The position numbers were made by a program, and so were the translations under genes. DNA of 63,423 nucleotides, filler included, from Choristocarpus tenellus KU-1152 (taxonomy: Eukaryota; Protista; Phaeophyceae): NCBI GenBank assembly GCA_964200185.2. It is 10 parts of 10 records of this genome, joined end to end, with 100 filler letters (N's around TTAATTAATTAA, not from the genome) between each part and the next. Parts side by side here need not be neighbours in the genome. Positions count along the whole stretch, not along the records: positions 1 to 23,421 come from CAXNAD020000249.1; 9 more parts are not named here. One strand, given 5' to 3'. Shown here piece by piece: positions 1 to 12,855 of this stretch. Below the pieces are notes generated by a model that searched no databases, had not been told where the DNA came from, and was given only the letters and a program-made list of their open reading frames with translations. Numbering within the stretch: the first letter of the stretch is position 1; every line of letters starts with the position of its first letter.

Positions 1-126
1 TCCCTTCCCTTCCCTTCCCTTCCCTTCCCTTCCCTTCCCTTCCCTTCCCTTCCCTTCCCTTCCCTTCCCTTCCCTTCCCTTCCCTTCCCTTCCCTTCCCT
101 TCCCTTCCCTTCCCTTCCCTTCCCTT
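1..126. repeat. (TCCCT)n pentanucleotide microsatellite, intronic, forming the polypyrimidine tract before the acceptor at 136-137
   Basis: Perfect TCCCT repeats from base 1 to ~126, followed by tgctttacag|exon. Confidence 0.97.
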
Positions 127-137
127 CTGCTTTACAG

Positions 138-3100
138 TTTTGGGGGGACCAGTTCATGTCTGCCTTGCGTGATCTACTTGAGGAGGCGTGTTCTGAGAGG
201 GCGGTCGCAGACTGTGAGTTTTTCATCAACAAGAGGGACTACCCTCAACTCAAGTTCAATCCAAATACCAAACTGCCAGTTGAACCGTACGGATTCATCT
301 ACAACAAGGATGACAGGTATCTATCTATCTATCTATCTGTGTGTGTGTGTGTGTGTGTGTGTTCAGTGCTTGGGTTTGTTAGTGTGTGCATAGAGGCGTT
401 TGGGTTTACTATGCGTGGTCGTGGTGAGCAGTCTCTAATGAGTAGACCATCTTTGGCCGGGGAATGATATAGTTTATAGAATACTGTTGTAGAATACTGT
501 TGTTTGCACTGGCTTCGACGTTGAACTCTGTGTTTTTTATAAGAAGTACAATGACGTTACTGCGAATATTGAAAGGGGTGTTCATGTGCTCCTTGTGAAG
601 GTGCACAAAATGTTAACTTTGTGTTAGTAGCAGAGGGTCCAACTGTATAATGGCTATTTTTTGGGTTAGGGTTATGGTGCGGTGATACTGCTGTGGTTGT
701 TTCCTTCCTCTTGTTATTAGTATTGACTGGGATTGATTATTACATCATTCTTCAGAGTAGTTTCGTAGTGCTACAGAGTAGTTTCGTAGTGCTACTGGGC
801 GGTTGCATAGCCCTACGCACTACTGAAAGTGATAGAAACATATTCCAAAATACACCAGCATGACCATTGTAACTCTGTTCTTAGCATGACCATAGTAGCT
901 TTCCAAAGAACCACAGAATTGTGATTGTGATGGCCATTCAGTTGCTACTGTCTTGGGTAAGAGGATTTTGAGTGGGTGGTAGACCCCGTTCTGAAGAATT
1001 TTTATGACCATGGAAAGCTTTGATCAGAAGAGAGGTGTATGAAGGGTGTGTTTCATATCTACTGTTGTGTGCTCTGTGTGCATTGCCTAGTCTAGTTGCG
1101 CTTTGGGGCTTGGGCGTCTCTTCTCATAATTTTTTTTTCAAGATTCGATATTTTTTTATTTTATTTTATGTTGTTTTGTATAGAGTTTTTTTAAACTAGC
1201 CCTATAACCCTAGGTCCACCTGTTGCTATACTTGCTTGTCAGATTTAATAAACAAGAGACACCATTGTTATTTGATTGTTCATGACGGATATAGGCACCA
1301 CTGTCTTTCTTCAGGAGTACCTCAATATTTGACAAAATCAGAGACTGGGAATAGTCCAAGGGACATTACCCCACTATTCATACCCTATCCCATAGCAGTC
1401 TCCTTGATCTACATAACACACCTTGCAATTCCCTCCTTCACAATCAAATCAATGGAATTCTTAATGTTTTAGTTTTTGTATTTTTTTTGTCCCGCTGTAA
1501 AGAGTTAAATTTTATTTAAGATTTAAATTTTATGTAAGAAAGCTCAGTCCACCCAGGATTTGTGTCAACAACCTATGATCAGATGATTTAGATGCTGATA
1601 CTAATGCTGATTTAGTCAACTACATTATTGAGATACTGATTTAGCCAACTACATTATTGAGATACTAATACTAATTTAGTTTAACCGAGACAGACAGTTA
1701 TGTGATGGTGTGCTTTATTGGGACGGAGGGGTATCTTGATGGGAAAATAATAAAAAAATCGAGTTGGAAGTAGGTAGCTATATTTTCTGACCTACCTGAA
1801 GAAGAACAAGTAACAACACCGAAGTCTCTTGATAAAAAATAAAAATATTAAAAATATTAAAAAAAAAATGATGCGAGCAAATGCATTTTTTTTTCATTTT
1901 TTTTTTTTAAATCTCGACACGATTGGGGGGACTGCTTTACTCTCTCTTTTTTTTTAGAAGAGTTAATGTATTATTTTTTTCTGTGTCCCTGTTTAGAAAA
2001 AAAGAAAAGATAACATTTCTTATATCCCTTTTTGTCTCTTGTCGAGCAGGGACCCTGAGCAAGATGTACCCTTAAACCGTCACAAGTATCCCTTGTACAC
2101 ACCCATCGTCAGCTTCTACTGCTCAGAAAGGTGACACAATCAGGAGCAACAAACATGAGGAGGGTGTTTGGTAGGTTGAAGAGTGTCGCGCAAACCAAGC
2201 ACGGGCTTAGAAGTTTTGTAGGTTGTTAGGACTGTAGGGGATATGAAGGGTGGATTCAGAGGCAGAATTAGACACAGTAATGATGTGGCAGCAATACGGC
2301 TGCTGTGGTGCAGGAGATGTTTGGGTATTGATGGAAGTGGACAGTTAACTTTGTGTGGATATATGACAGTTGACTTTTGTACATACGTCAATGTTGAGAG
2401 GGGGAGTGTAATTCACCCTAGCAACAGAGACTGAGATTCCTTTTTTTTTTCTTATAAGGGTAGGACATGCCTTTATCATCTCCTTATCATATTTTTATCA
2501 TCTCCTTATCACCTCCTTATCACCTCTTTATCATCCATTTATCATATTTTTATCATCTCCTTATCACCTCTTTATCATCCATTTATCATATTTTTATCAC
2601 CTCTTTATCATCCATTTATCATGTCTTTATCATCCATTTATCATATTTTTATCATCTCCTTACCATCTCCTTATCATCCATATATCATATTTTTTATCAT
2701 CTCCTTATCATCTCTTTATCATGTCTTTGTCATCCATTTATCATCTCTTTATCATGTCTTTATCATTCATTTATCATCTCTTTATCATCCATTTATCATC
2801 TCTTTATCATGTCTTTGATCTGAAAAGGGTGGAGCTGAGCACTGTGGACATGATAATGATGATAATAATGATGATGATGATGATGATGATACTGATCATG
2901 ATGATATTAATGATAACAATAATAATGATATTATGAATGATAATGATGATGATGATGATGATGATGATCCTTCTTCATGGGTCCATTGCCGCCATTGTGT
3001 CGAATCACGTCATTACGATTGCATTATATCACTGTTACAAACAACAGTACTCTATTCACTCTGTTAGAGAGCCTGCCCAATTCACACACACTGCTTCATA

Positions 3101-5050
3101 CATATTGTAGGAGAATGGTGAAAAATGAATAGTAGTGCACACTATTATGGTACTGTAAGAATACCCCTGCTTCCTAATGCACTTCTTTGTCTCACGCCAT
3201 CCAGGTTTGCGGACATCCCCTTCCCCACATCGGAAGACTGGGAAGCAGCAACGGGTAAAGTTTTCCCAAGGTCGTTCTTTCATTCGGTGAGAGCAGTGAC
3301 AAAAAAAGGTGTGACATCAAAGAACACTGAGGTGTCCTTTGTTGCACAAGTTCCTTGTAGCAGTCACGGGTGTGCCTGTGTGTGTGTGCCTGTGTGTGTG
3401 TGCCTGTGTGTGTGTTTTTTTGTAATTGGGATATCATCGGTACGGCTTGTTCGTTGGAGGCAGAGATGAGAGATAGCGCCGCCCCACACATATTGAGAAA
3501 TTGATTTTTTTTTGTAGTAGAAGAAGAAAAAAGGAGGGTTTTGTTTTTTTATTCTCGTGCCTGTGCTGTTGATAACGCCTTTCCTAACGGTGTACAAACC
3601 TTTGCGTTAGTTACGAGGGGGTGAGATGGTAACGGAGGACCCAAGAGACCTGTTCACTGAGGAGAACTTCCGAAATTTTGATTGTGGGTGGGAGGACAAG
3701 CAAGAGACAGCTTTTTTCAGGTTAGAGAAGGGACGTAGTTTTGTTTTATATATGTGTGTGTGTGTGTGTGTGTTTGTATATATATATTTAGATGTGGCAG
3801 GGGAGGGGGAGGCATTTACGCCTTAGCAAGTTTTGTGTACTGTGAATTATAGTGTTGGGGCTGTTTTTGATGTTAGGGGAGAAAGGAGCAAAAAGGTTCA
3901 ACTTGGAGAACCAAATATGGATATCACCCAATAGATAGGACTAGATACTAGATGTGTCCAGATAGTCTGTTTCGCTTTCAAAAGGTTAGGGCTATTATTG
4001 TGTACCATCAGATAAAATAGGTTTGATGTCCTTCTGGTGGACTGCCTTAGATTAGAGTACACTTGAGAGCATGCATTATTGATCCGTGGTCTTTACGAAC
4101 AAAATGTGATCACATGTACCTACCACCTACCATTGGTGAGGGGAAAGTAGCATATTGGATTGGATTTCATTTGATTGGTCCTGAGGGTGCGTCTGCCTAT
4201 TTCTTGTGTTTATTTGTACATCCTTGTGTCAAATTAGTTTTGTATTTTCAATTATTTTTTATATTTAAAGCCGTTGTTGTACAATTATTCTCAAGGCATT
4301 TATAGTACCTCACATTGATTCACCTTGTTATCAGATTTCCCAGAGGGAACAGACTTCTCGGAACGGACTTGTGTCTGTGAACAAGAGACACACAAAAAGG
4401 TATACCTTTATCCTGCTCTGTACAGATTTGCATCAACCTCCATAATCTCCGTTCTAAGTCTTTCAAAACCCTAGTTATGACTGTAGCTAACAATTAGTTT
4501 TATTAGTTATTTGGTTGACTAAAGCAAGGAGATCGGTAAGAAGGCCACCTTGATGAAAGCTGAAATCCAGTCAGTGTTCATGATTTCCTTGCTTAGAAAA
4601 CCGTGTGAAACTCAATCTGTTATCAATCTGTTCTCGTATCCCTTTTTACCCCCTCTGCTCCGCGTTGTTGCTTGGGGTGAAACTGTCAAAAGTGAAACTG
4701 TGAGTGGAAGTGTCTTATTAAGAGAGGGTACGAGCATCCCCCTGTTCGTCCATTTGGTACTTGACCTGCCACGGGTTTTTAATGACCTTTTATCCGCTCC
4801 AAAATGTTTGGTAGTAGGTAAAATGTATACTTCATGAAAAGGTGTGTCCGGAACAAGGATGTTGACACTTCCTAACAAACGCAATAGCCAAAATTACATC
4901 AAAATCGCAACATCGGATTTTATCCCCCAAATCAACGCGGCTTTACCCTAACCCTAAGATAATTTGACTCTGTAAAAGGTGAAGTGAGCAGCGAATCTGA
5001 GATTTTTTACCTAATGACACCTTCGATACATGTATATATATATGCATTCG

Positions 5051-5088
<38 letters not shown>

Positions 5089-8000
5089 ACTTTCATGTTG
5101 CTGTTCGCTTAGGTCTGTTCTTTGTTGCTGCTTCCATAGTTGTGTGACTGGCATAGTTGTGTAACTGACATAGATACATCTCTGCGACTGGTGTGTTGTA
5201 TCCTCGAAATTTTGTATAGATGATGACTGATGTACTCCATAGCCGCAGGTATACTGAACAAGAATCCCCCGACTCTGACTCATCACTGGCCATCACAGGG
5301 GAACAGCAACAGGAGGGGGGACTAGTAGAGAGACTAACCAGCGGTTGGCACTTGCATGGCTCTCTTACGAGTGGACATTTGTTGATGACAAGAACGGGGT
5401 CAGTGATGGCACCAAGCCCTTGCTGGATGCTGCGATCACAGGTACCTGGTGAAGCTAGGGCCCCTTCCCTTCCCCCCTGTGTATTGTGGTCCTTGCAATT
5501 GAGATAGAATGACTGGTCTTGGGAGGTATCGATTCTGGATGGTGATGGCATGGTGTGCATAATGAAGGAGACTGTGTGTGTGTATTATTAATGTTAATAA
5601 AGTATATCTATGTATCTATGTATGTGTATTAATAATGTTAATACAAATATCTATGTATCTATATGTGTGTATTAATAATGTTAATTCAAGCATCCCGTTT
5701 GCGTAAAGAGGAACACACATTTTTGTTATTATTTGTATTAACATTAACATTAACATTATTAATAGCCTGGTAGGGGTGCTACTTTGGTGGAACCTTAACT
5801 ACTATATCCTCCCTGTACCAAACCTTCACTACTATGAGATACTGCTAGTAAGATGCTGCTAGTACCTCGCTGATACCCCCCTCACACCATGTTTCTTTGG
5901 TTTGGTTGGATTTAGTTCGCCACACTGGGCTATCAAGGGCAGCCTTCATGCTTGCTGGTACATGTCTTTGAATAAACAGAATGCCAGACCTGCATGGTAG
6001 TATGTAGTGCTATATCTCCCCGAATTGAGTGCTGTTGTTTCCCCAACCAATGGGACCCTTCTGTTTACTATTAATGTTTACTATTGTTGTTTACTATTTT
6101 TGTTCACTATTGTTGTTTACTATTATTGTTTACTATTGTTGTTTTCTATTATTGTTCACTATTATTGTTTTCTATTGTTGTTTACTTTTATTGTTCACTA
6201 TCATTGTTCACTCTTGTTGTTCACTATTATTGTTCACTATTGTTGTTCCACCTTTCTCAGGTTTCTTAGAAAATTCCCTACCCTGCTACTAGGTAATAGT
6301 CAGTAACTACTAATAGTTAAATGAACGCTAATATCTGTGAATACCTATCTTTGAAGACATGACGCCCTCTGTTTTTCCCCTCCCCCTCCAAACCTGTGCC
6401 ACAACTGTCTGTGTGTGTGTCCCTTCAAACTGGTGAAGGGTGGAATAAGAGGGACAAGAAGATCGCAGGACACCCCATGCAATTCTTAGACACCTCTACA
6501 ATACCCTTTCCAGGAGGGAAGGAGAACTACACACCAATCTACCAACAATCACGGTATAAGTGAGTATGTGGTTTTTGACATTCAGATTAATCTCTCTTGC
6601 TGTGCTTGATTTCCTTGGTGTGATTTCTGTTTAGTGTTTTTTTTTGTATGTTTAGTGTTGCTATCCTTTTTTTTTGTATATTTAGTGCGAATGTCCGTCT
6701 TTTTCTGTTTTTTGTTTTTTTTCTCTAGTGAAGTGTCCCAAGTTAACACATCTTACGCTACATCTTATGCTACATTTGCGGACCCAAGGCTGTCTGTCAC
6801 CGTAGGATGAAATTGGAGGATAAATCTTAAAGGTATCAGGCAAGGAGATAGAACTTGTGAATTTTAATACTAGTCGAATATTGCTGTTGAACTTACACAC
6901 ACACACACACACACACACACGCACTACTTGTGTGCTGGTTTTGCACATGTAATATTGCATTCACCCATTTTAGGAGCAGAGTCAATCCTCCCCGATACTG
7001 CTATGTTAGCAATGGCCCAACCGAATCGAACTACTATCAGCCCTGGATAAAGATTTAGATGTTTATCACGCTTGGTGGACTATTCTACCCTATTTGCCCA
7101 CGGAGTTTGGGTTGCGTGGAGGAATAGAGTGCTGTTGTTACAACAACTACCAAGAATCAGACTAAAGGATCGTAGTTTTTATGCAGCATGTGTTGGTGCT
7201 TGCTTATGTATTGTGTTGGGCTGTCACAATCGGTAATTTGTCAGTTGTTAAATTGGAGGTATGGAGCGTAGTGTTGTGACTTTACTCCACCTCCTCTTTC
7301 GTCATTGTCACTACCTTTTACCAGTTGTTGTAAATTGTAATGATGTTTATGTGAGAAGAGATATGATCACAAAGTTGTTGTTGTGTCTTTGATTGAATCA
7401 TGCCCTTGTTAATGGGTTGGTTCGTAAAGTACCAGTGGTTTTTTGAAGGCCCTTCCACCTCTGTACTGTTTGAATATGTACAGTACGAATACATACGGTT
7501 TGAATGCATATTCTTGGGTGCTGGCTACTGGCACATACCCAAGACACCAGACACATTAAAAAAAAGCAAATGTTATTGGATAGGTACCTGGTGTACGCTG
7601 AGGGTCATTGTGCAGCTTGCCGCTATGGGTTCATGATGCGCATGGGATCTGTTATCATCAAGGTACAGTGGATGTTTGAATGTTTTTTGCCTCTATTGGT
7701 TCTTGAAGTCCATTTTGTTGATATGCTAATGAATCTTTATCTTGCTATACTAAGTCCATTTTGTTGACATGCTAATGAATCTTTTTCTTGCTACACTATG
7801 TCCATTTTGTTGACATGCTAATGAATCTTTTGCTTGCTATACTATGTCCATTTTGTTGACATGCTAATGAATCTTTTGCTTGCTATACTAAGCCCATTTT
7901 GTTGACATGCTAATGAATCTTTTGCTTGCTATACTACTACATCAAAAGGTAAGTATTTTGGTACTCATGTTATTGACAGCATCTTCCCTTTATACACAAT

Positions 8001-11000
8001 TTCTATTGACGGTTCAGTAAGACGGATATTATAGTGTGGCTATGCGGAGGGATTGTCCTTTGCCCGAGACAAAAATCATTATGTCAAGGACAGACACTAA
8101 GAATCCAGTCTCCCTTGCTTGTGTTTACCTGCAAAGCGGACATGTTAAGGTGCACCCTTCTCGGGAACATTCCAGGAACGTTCCTAGAAGAGTAAAAGGG
8201 TTCGCGCCCACACAGTTGAAGTTGCACTGGGGCTTCATGTGTTTTTGTGTTTGTGGTACTGAGACTATACTTATCTGTTCTGTACTTCTCTGTTCTGGCC
8301 CCTGTGGAAGGTGACATCACGTTGTGTGGCGGATTCTATGTGGTACTTCCCCCTTCTGAGGCCATGGGTAGATCACGTTCCTGTGAAAGAGGACTTGTCG
8401 GATCTGGAGGAAAAGATCAGGTGAGTTGAGTACATTTTCAACTTGCATAAGACAAGATCGGCTGCCAACAGTAACAAGAGTGTACCGGAGCTATGTGTGC
8501 TGGGTGTGGGTGTGGGTGTGGGTTTGGATGTTTGTCTTTTTGAAAACCTCTAACTTTGCTGCTCCAGAGGGGTTTGAGAGCTGTCCGCTCTTTGTGAGTA
8601 ACATCTTGTCATCTTTTTTGCAGCGTTTCCATTCATACTGGTGTGGTTGTAGGGTGCAAGTTGTGCGATATCTCGAAATACTTGGTGCTCTTTCCTGTTG
8701 AGTATAAAGGAGAGCAACGAATGCTGCACACTTGGTTGCTGCAGTATAGCCTCCGCTTGATATTTAAAGATATTTATAGATACCAGGGTTTCTACCTTGG
8801 TCGGAAAGAGACATTATTGGAAAAATCATGTTGCCTGTAAGTGTGCTTTGTAACACCCACTGGAAAATGTGTGCAATACTGTATGTATGTATCTTGTTCT
8901 TGTCCCTGTTCTCTCCCCCTTCTTTGGTATGTAGAGACCTTCACACAGGACAGGGAGGCCCCATTACAGATAGAAAACACTGAAAGAGTAATTCATTCTG
9001 GGGTGTATAAAATGTGTATTTGAACGCAGTGTTTTCGTATTGAGAACATGTGTTTCCAGCGTACAATCTTTCTTGTAATTGGAGGCAGAACTCCTCCCCG
9101 TGCCCATTACCACACCAGTGTGATTGGTGTGGACCTTGTGCATCAATTGTGACCTTATCCTGTGCATGGGTATGGGGTTGCTGTGGGATTTCATTATCAC
9201 TTTTTAAAGTCAAGTATTTTCGAACCCTGTAATGATGACAGTGAGTTGCAGCACCTTGACAAGGCATTACCATTAATCAGTGGCATTTTTATTGTAGAAA
9301 AAACGATGTTCCCTTCCTCCTCAACCCCCCCTCCCTTCAGTTTGATGTAACCAATCCAAGGTTCTGCAAAATTACAAAAAATAGTACTTTTTTGGATATA
9401 GAAGCAAGGATCTCTTCTGATGCATGTAATTGACACCCCTGTTGCCTTGTGGGGCATTGGTTGTCCAGGTGGTGTCGATCACATGATGAGGAGTGCAAGA
9501 AAATTGCACAGGCAGCGGGACGCCTCTATGAGCGTTTTGTTTCTCGATCAGCAGCCCTGGACTACGTTGAAATGGTGTGTGCTTCTATGTGTTAAGTGCT
9601 CAGAATTGCCGTCCTTATCCTTGCGTTGGTACAGGTATCTAGTAGGGTACTATGTATGCCATTTAATGGGAGGGAGTTGAGCGTCATGCTTGGATTTTGG
9701 AAGGATTGAATTTTCAAATATTGTCGTGTCTGCAGTACTGTGATTTGTTGGGTGGGGTTGACTTTGGAGGAAGTGAACGTTTCTATTGTGTTATCCTTGC
9801 ACCCTCTACATTATGTGGTATATTGATGGTCGTAATGACTATTGATGCTTGTCTATAAACCGATTAAGGACAGAATGCACTAAACCAGGTAGACCAAGAC
9901 CATGCACATGTTTGTGGTACATCTGTTCTTGGACCCTCTTGTAGCACTCAACCAATCATGATGCACTGTTGTAGAGGAGGAAGAGAGAGTTCCACTAACA
10001 CTTACAACAAAACAGTCACCCCATCTCAGTTGAAGCTTTCTGGGGGTGCACATGAAATGATGCCATGAAAAAAAACCCGTCCAGTGCCACTGATACCCTT
10101 AGACTCTTCCACCCTCCGTCCCCCAGCCCCGATTAGAGTCATTCTTTGGAGAGTCATTTGAGGTGTTGGACTGGACCTGGATGTGTCCATTGCAGTTACA
10201 ATAGTCAGCCTAGAGCCTTCCGTGCAACCCTTGCTTGATGTCACCAGCAAAGACCCTCTCTAAATTGTTTGAACATTTCCATTTTCCGATCCTGTTTCAC
10301 CTTGGTGCTGTTTGTGTGCACTCAAGCTTTCACATGAGATCAACGAACGCTATCGCCTTCCACTATCCTGGTTTGAACATGGGGCTCCTATTCTGGACAC
10401 TCCCCCACCGTTCCTGCAATCTGCTGCTGGCGGGAATTGCACCAGGGATGGACTATGCTCTCGGTGCAAGAAGAACAGGGCTGATGATGAAGAGCGCAGA
10501 AGGGTGAGTAGGGGAGGAGGGGGAATAGGGTATCAGTGGGGGTGTAACGTTGGCAATGTTTGAGGAAGAGTATTGCAAACCCATTGGTTGGGGACCTTTG
10601 AAGGCATTCCTGGAGTTTTGGAGACCCTGTTGGGTTCCGTCCATTCTGAGTACACAAGCCACATCCCATTCCATGATTTCCTCAACAGAGCAAGGTGATT
10701 GTGGCCCTTATGTCGGACTCGTTCACTTTTTCTGAGCAACATGCACAACTCTGCCAAGCGATTATATGGTGGATTGGAAGTGTGCACTAGAGGGACTTGG
10801 TATGATTTCGGTGAATCAAAAGAACATGAAATAGAGTACTGATTATGTCTCAAGCCCTGCCCTCAAGATTTGAAACCATTGATGTATGATACTGCCTTGT
10901 GTAATATTTTGGTTTGCTTCCTTCACTCTATCCCCTCTTACTAGTAGATGTTTTTGCTTGACCCATCCAGCACTGGTCAATAAACCCATTGCTCGGTGCC

Positions 11001-11258
11001 TCCTTTAGGGTACCTACACTGATCTCTCCATGCTCACCCATCTTTTCCCTTTCGACCCACACATCCTTCCTTGTGAAGGCGATTGAACTGAAGACAAAGG
11101 GATCGGCTCAGGCTAATGCAGAGAAGAAGGCTAACATGCGAAAAAGACTTCTCAGTAAAGCAAAAGACAAGGCTGCCAAGAAAGCAAAAACAGAAGACAG
11201 CACCCACCCTCCTATACCTGCACCACAACCAATTGTTGACGCTTCTGATGAGTGGTAG
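138..11258 (+). CDS. Glycosyltransferase family 90 (CAP10/KDELC/POGLUT-like) protein; 3' part of a multi-exon gene, 5' end outside the window
   Basis: Exons with consistent GT-AG phases: 138-316, 2050-2130, 3205-3286, 3611-3720, 5299-5441, 6439-6559, 7584-7662, 8311-8420, 9469-9574, 10327-10503, 11079-11258 (stop); 1368 nt, open frame. Spliced product has GT90 motifs: DCEFFINKRDYP, FADIPFPTSEDW, WEDKQETAFFRGTATGGG..TNQRL, LLDAAITGWN, QQSRYKYLVYAEGHCAACRYGFMMRMGSVIIKV, WYFPLLRPWVDHVPVKEDLSDLEEKIRWCRSHDEECKKIA. The last two exons are less certain. Confidence 0.9.
2470..2815. repeat. Degenerate ~11-nt TTTATCATC-core minisatellite (intronic)
   Basis: Repeated tttatcatc/cttatcatc/tttatcatg units. 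Confidence 0.9.
2849..2968. repeat. (ATG/ATA)n trinucleotide microsatellite (intronic)
   Basis: atgataatgatgat... run. Confidence 0.9.
4702..4970. mobile_element. MITE family 1 copy (~260 bp, GAG...CTC termini) in a GT90 intron
   Basis: gagtggaagtgtct...cctaagataatttgactc, flanked by tgt/tgt; homologous to copies at 33957, 35175, 35521, 40197 and 60146. Confidence 0.85.
6062..6248. repeat. Degenerate (TTACTATTGTTG/TTCACTATTATTG)n minisatellite (intronic)
   Basis: Visible tandem low-complexity units. Confidence 0.85.
7708..7935. repeat. Tandem repeat, ~46-47-nt unit x5 (intronic)
   Basis: Unit ccattttgttgacatgctaatgaatcttt..cttgctatacta(a/t)gt repeated five times. Confidence 0.92.
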
Positions 11259-12855
11259 AAACCATTTTCTTGACTTCTTGACTGATTTGCCCATGAGGCC
11301 TTGGCTACTTGTGAATGCTAGGAGAGTATTAAGGAAATCACTTCACATCTCTGCTGTGCAGCGGACTGTAGATCAAACATCTTGCCGAAATATGGGTGTG
11401 CGGCATGGGCGTTTGAGCTTTGGCTTTTGCTTTTTTTCACATGATGGTGGACAAGTTTTACCTCCTACTCGGAATAGATACCCATTTCGCAGTTCCAATC
11501 TCACTTCGAAGTACTCTCTTATGTCCCAAGACAGTTTTTGCTTCACTGTGATAACTGTAGAAAGGGTTGCTGCTTGAACATTTTGAAGTCAAGACTTTGT
11601 GTCACACTACTTAACTCAACTGTAGTATGCTGGCATCTTTGAAATGTAATTTTGAGGATGGAAATGTGCTCATTCTCAATATCCTGCTAATGTATGTCCT
11701 GGAGGTGCTTGCGCTGTATTCAGTTGTAGTGCAAGCTTATTTCTGGAGTTTGTACCATGACGCTGCATTTCATGCGACATCCAGAGGACATGTCTCTCAC
11801 AGTGCTATGTAGTATAGCGGTTCAATCACAACTTGGGCAGGACCAGGACCCATAGAAGTTCCCTACGAGCTGTGGTAAGTAACATCTTCTACCACTGACG
11901 ATGGTTGAAGTACTCCTTCAAGAGGAATGCCCTTCACATTGGGAGAAGAGTTCTTGCATGAGGTTTTCAACCTATGATGAAGTGGACAGTGAAAATAGGG
12001 GAAGTTATAGACAAATTAAAAATATATAGCAAAACTTCATATTGTTCAAAGCAGTACAAGAGCCAACTGGAAGGTATGTGAGATCTTGTGATCACTACAC
12101 TATTAATACAGACACTATTAAAATAACAATGTACGGAAATAGTGTGTCGCAAGAAGATGCGCATCAGTGTGCATCTGGTGCATTTGTTATACACGGAATA
12201 TATTCCAGCAGCGGCAAGTCAATTTCTTGCAAAAAAAATGCATCATTAGAGTGTAGGAGGTACAACAGTTTTTTTTCTGGGAAAACAGTTTCCTCCGAAT
12301 TTTTTTGGCAAGAATGAATGGAGGATAGAAATGTGAATTGGTTGAATCCCTGTGACGCCTTTCACTGGAAAACCTTTCTTAGTAATGTACATGTAGTACA
12401 CATACTTTTGAGTACAAAAGGTACATGTTACAATAGCCGCAAGGGCTCTAAAGTGGTACAGGAGTACGAACAGTATTTCAGCTTCAGAAAGTAGCCCACT
12501 ATGATGGTCATTGTTCCGATGCGTACATTTACTCTTTACCCCACTACAGTCCAGAGGCATGATCTTCAGAAGAATAGTGGCTAATAAGGCTAACAGGGAG
12601 GGGAACGATTTGCAGGGAAAATCTGAGAGGAAAGAAAGATACCTATGGTGTTACTGAGTGCATTAACAGGATAACACAAAAGTATTGAACAGAGGCTCGG
12701 CCTCTATATATAGACACACACATATATATACATCAGTCTTTCTCCAATCGGTGAGCCTGACATTGATTGGAAAAATAAGCATGCCAGTGACGAAGCTGAT
12801 CAGCATACCATCTTGCCAACCTCCAGTACCAATAGAGTTGGACTGAAGATCTACT

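Noticed and set aside
2467-2936. ORFs of 65-118 aa rich in I/S/Y/H or M
   Set aside because: Translations of mini- and microsatellites inside a GT90 intron.
6007-6306. Hydrophobic Cys/Tyr-rich ORFs in three frames
   Set aside because: Low-complexity repeat that happens to lack stops.
7708-7935. CRISPR-like array
   Set aside because: Head-to-tail tandem units with no unique spacers, inside a eukaryotic intron, and no cas genes.
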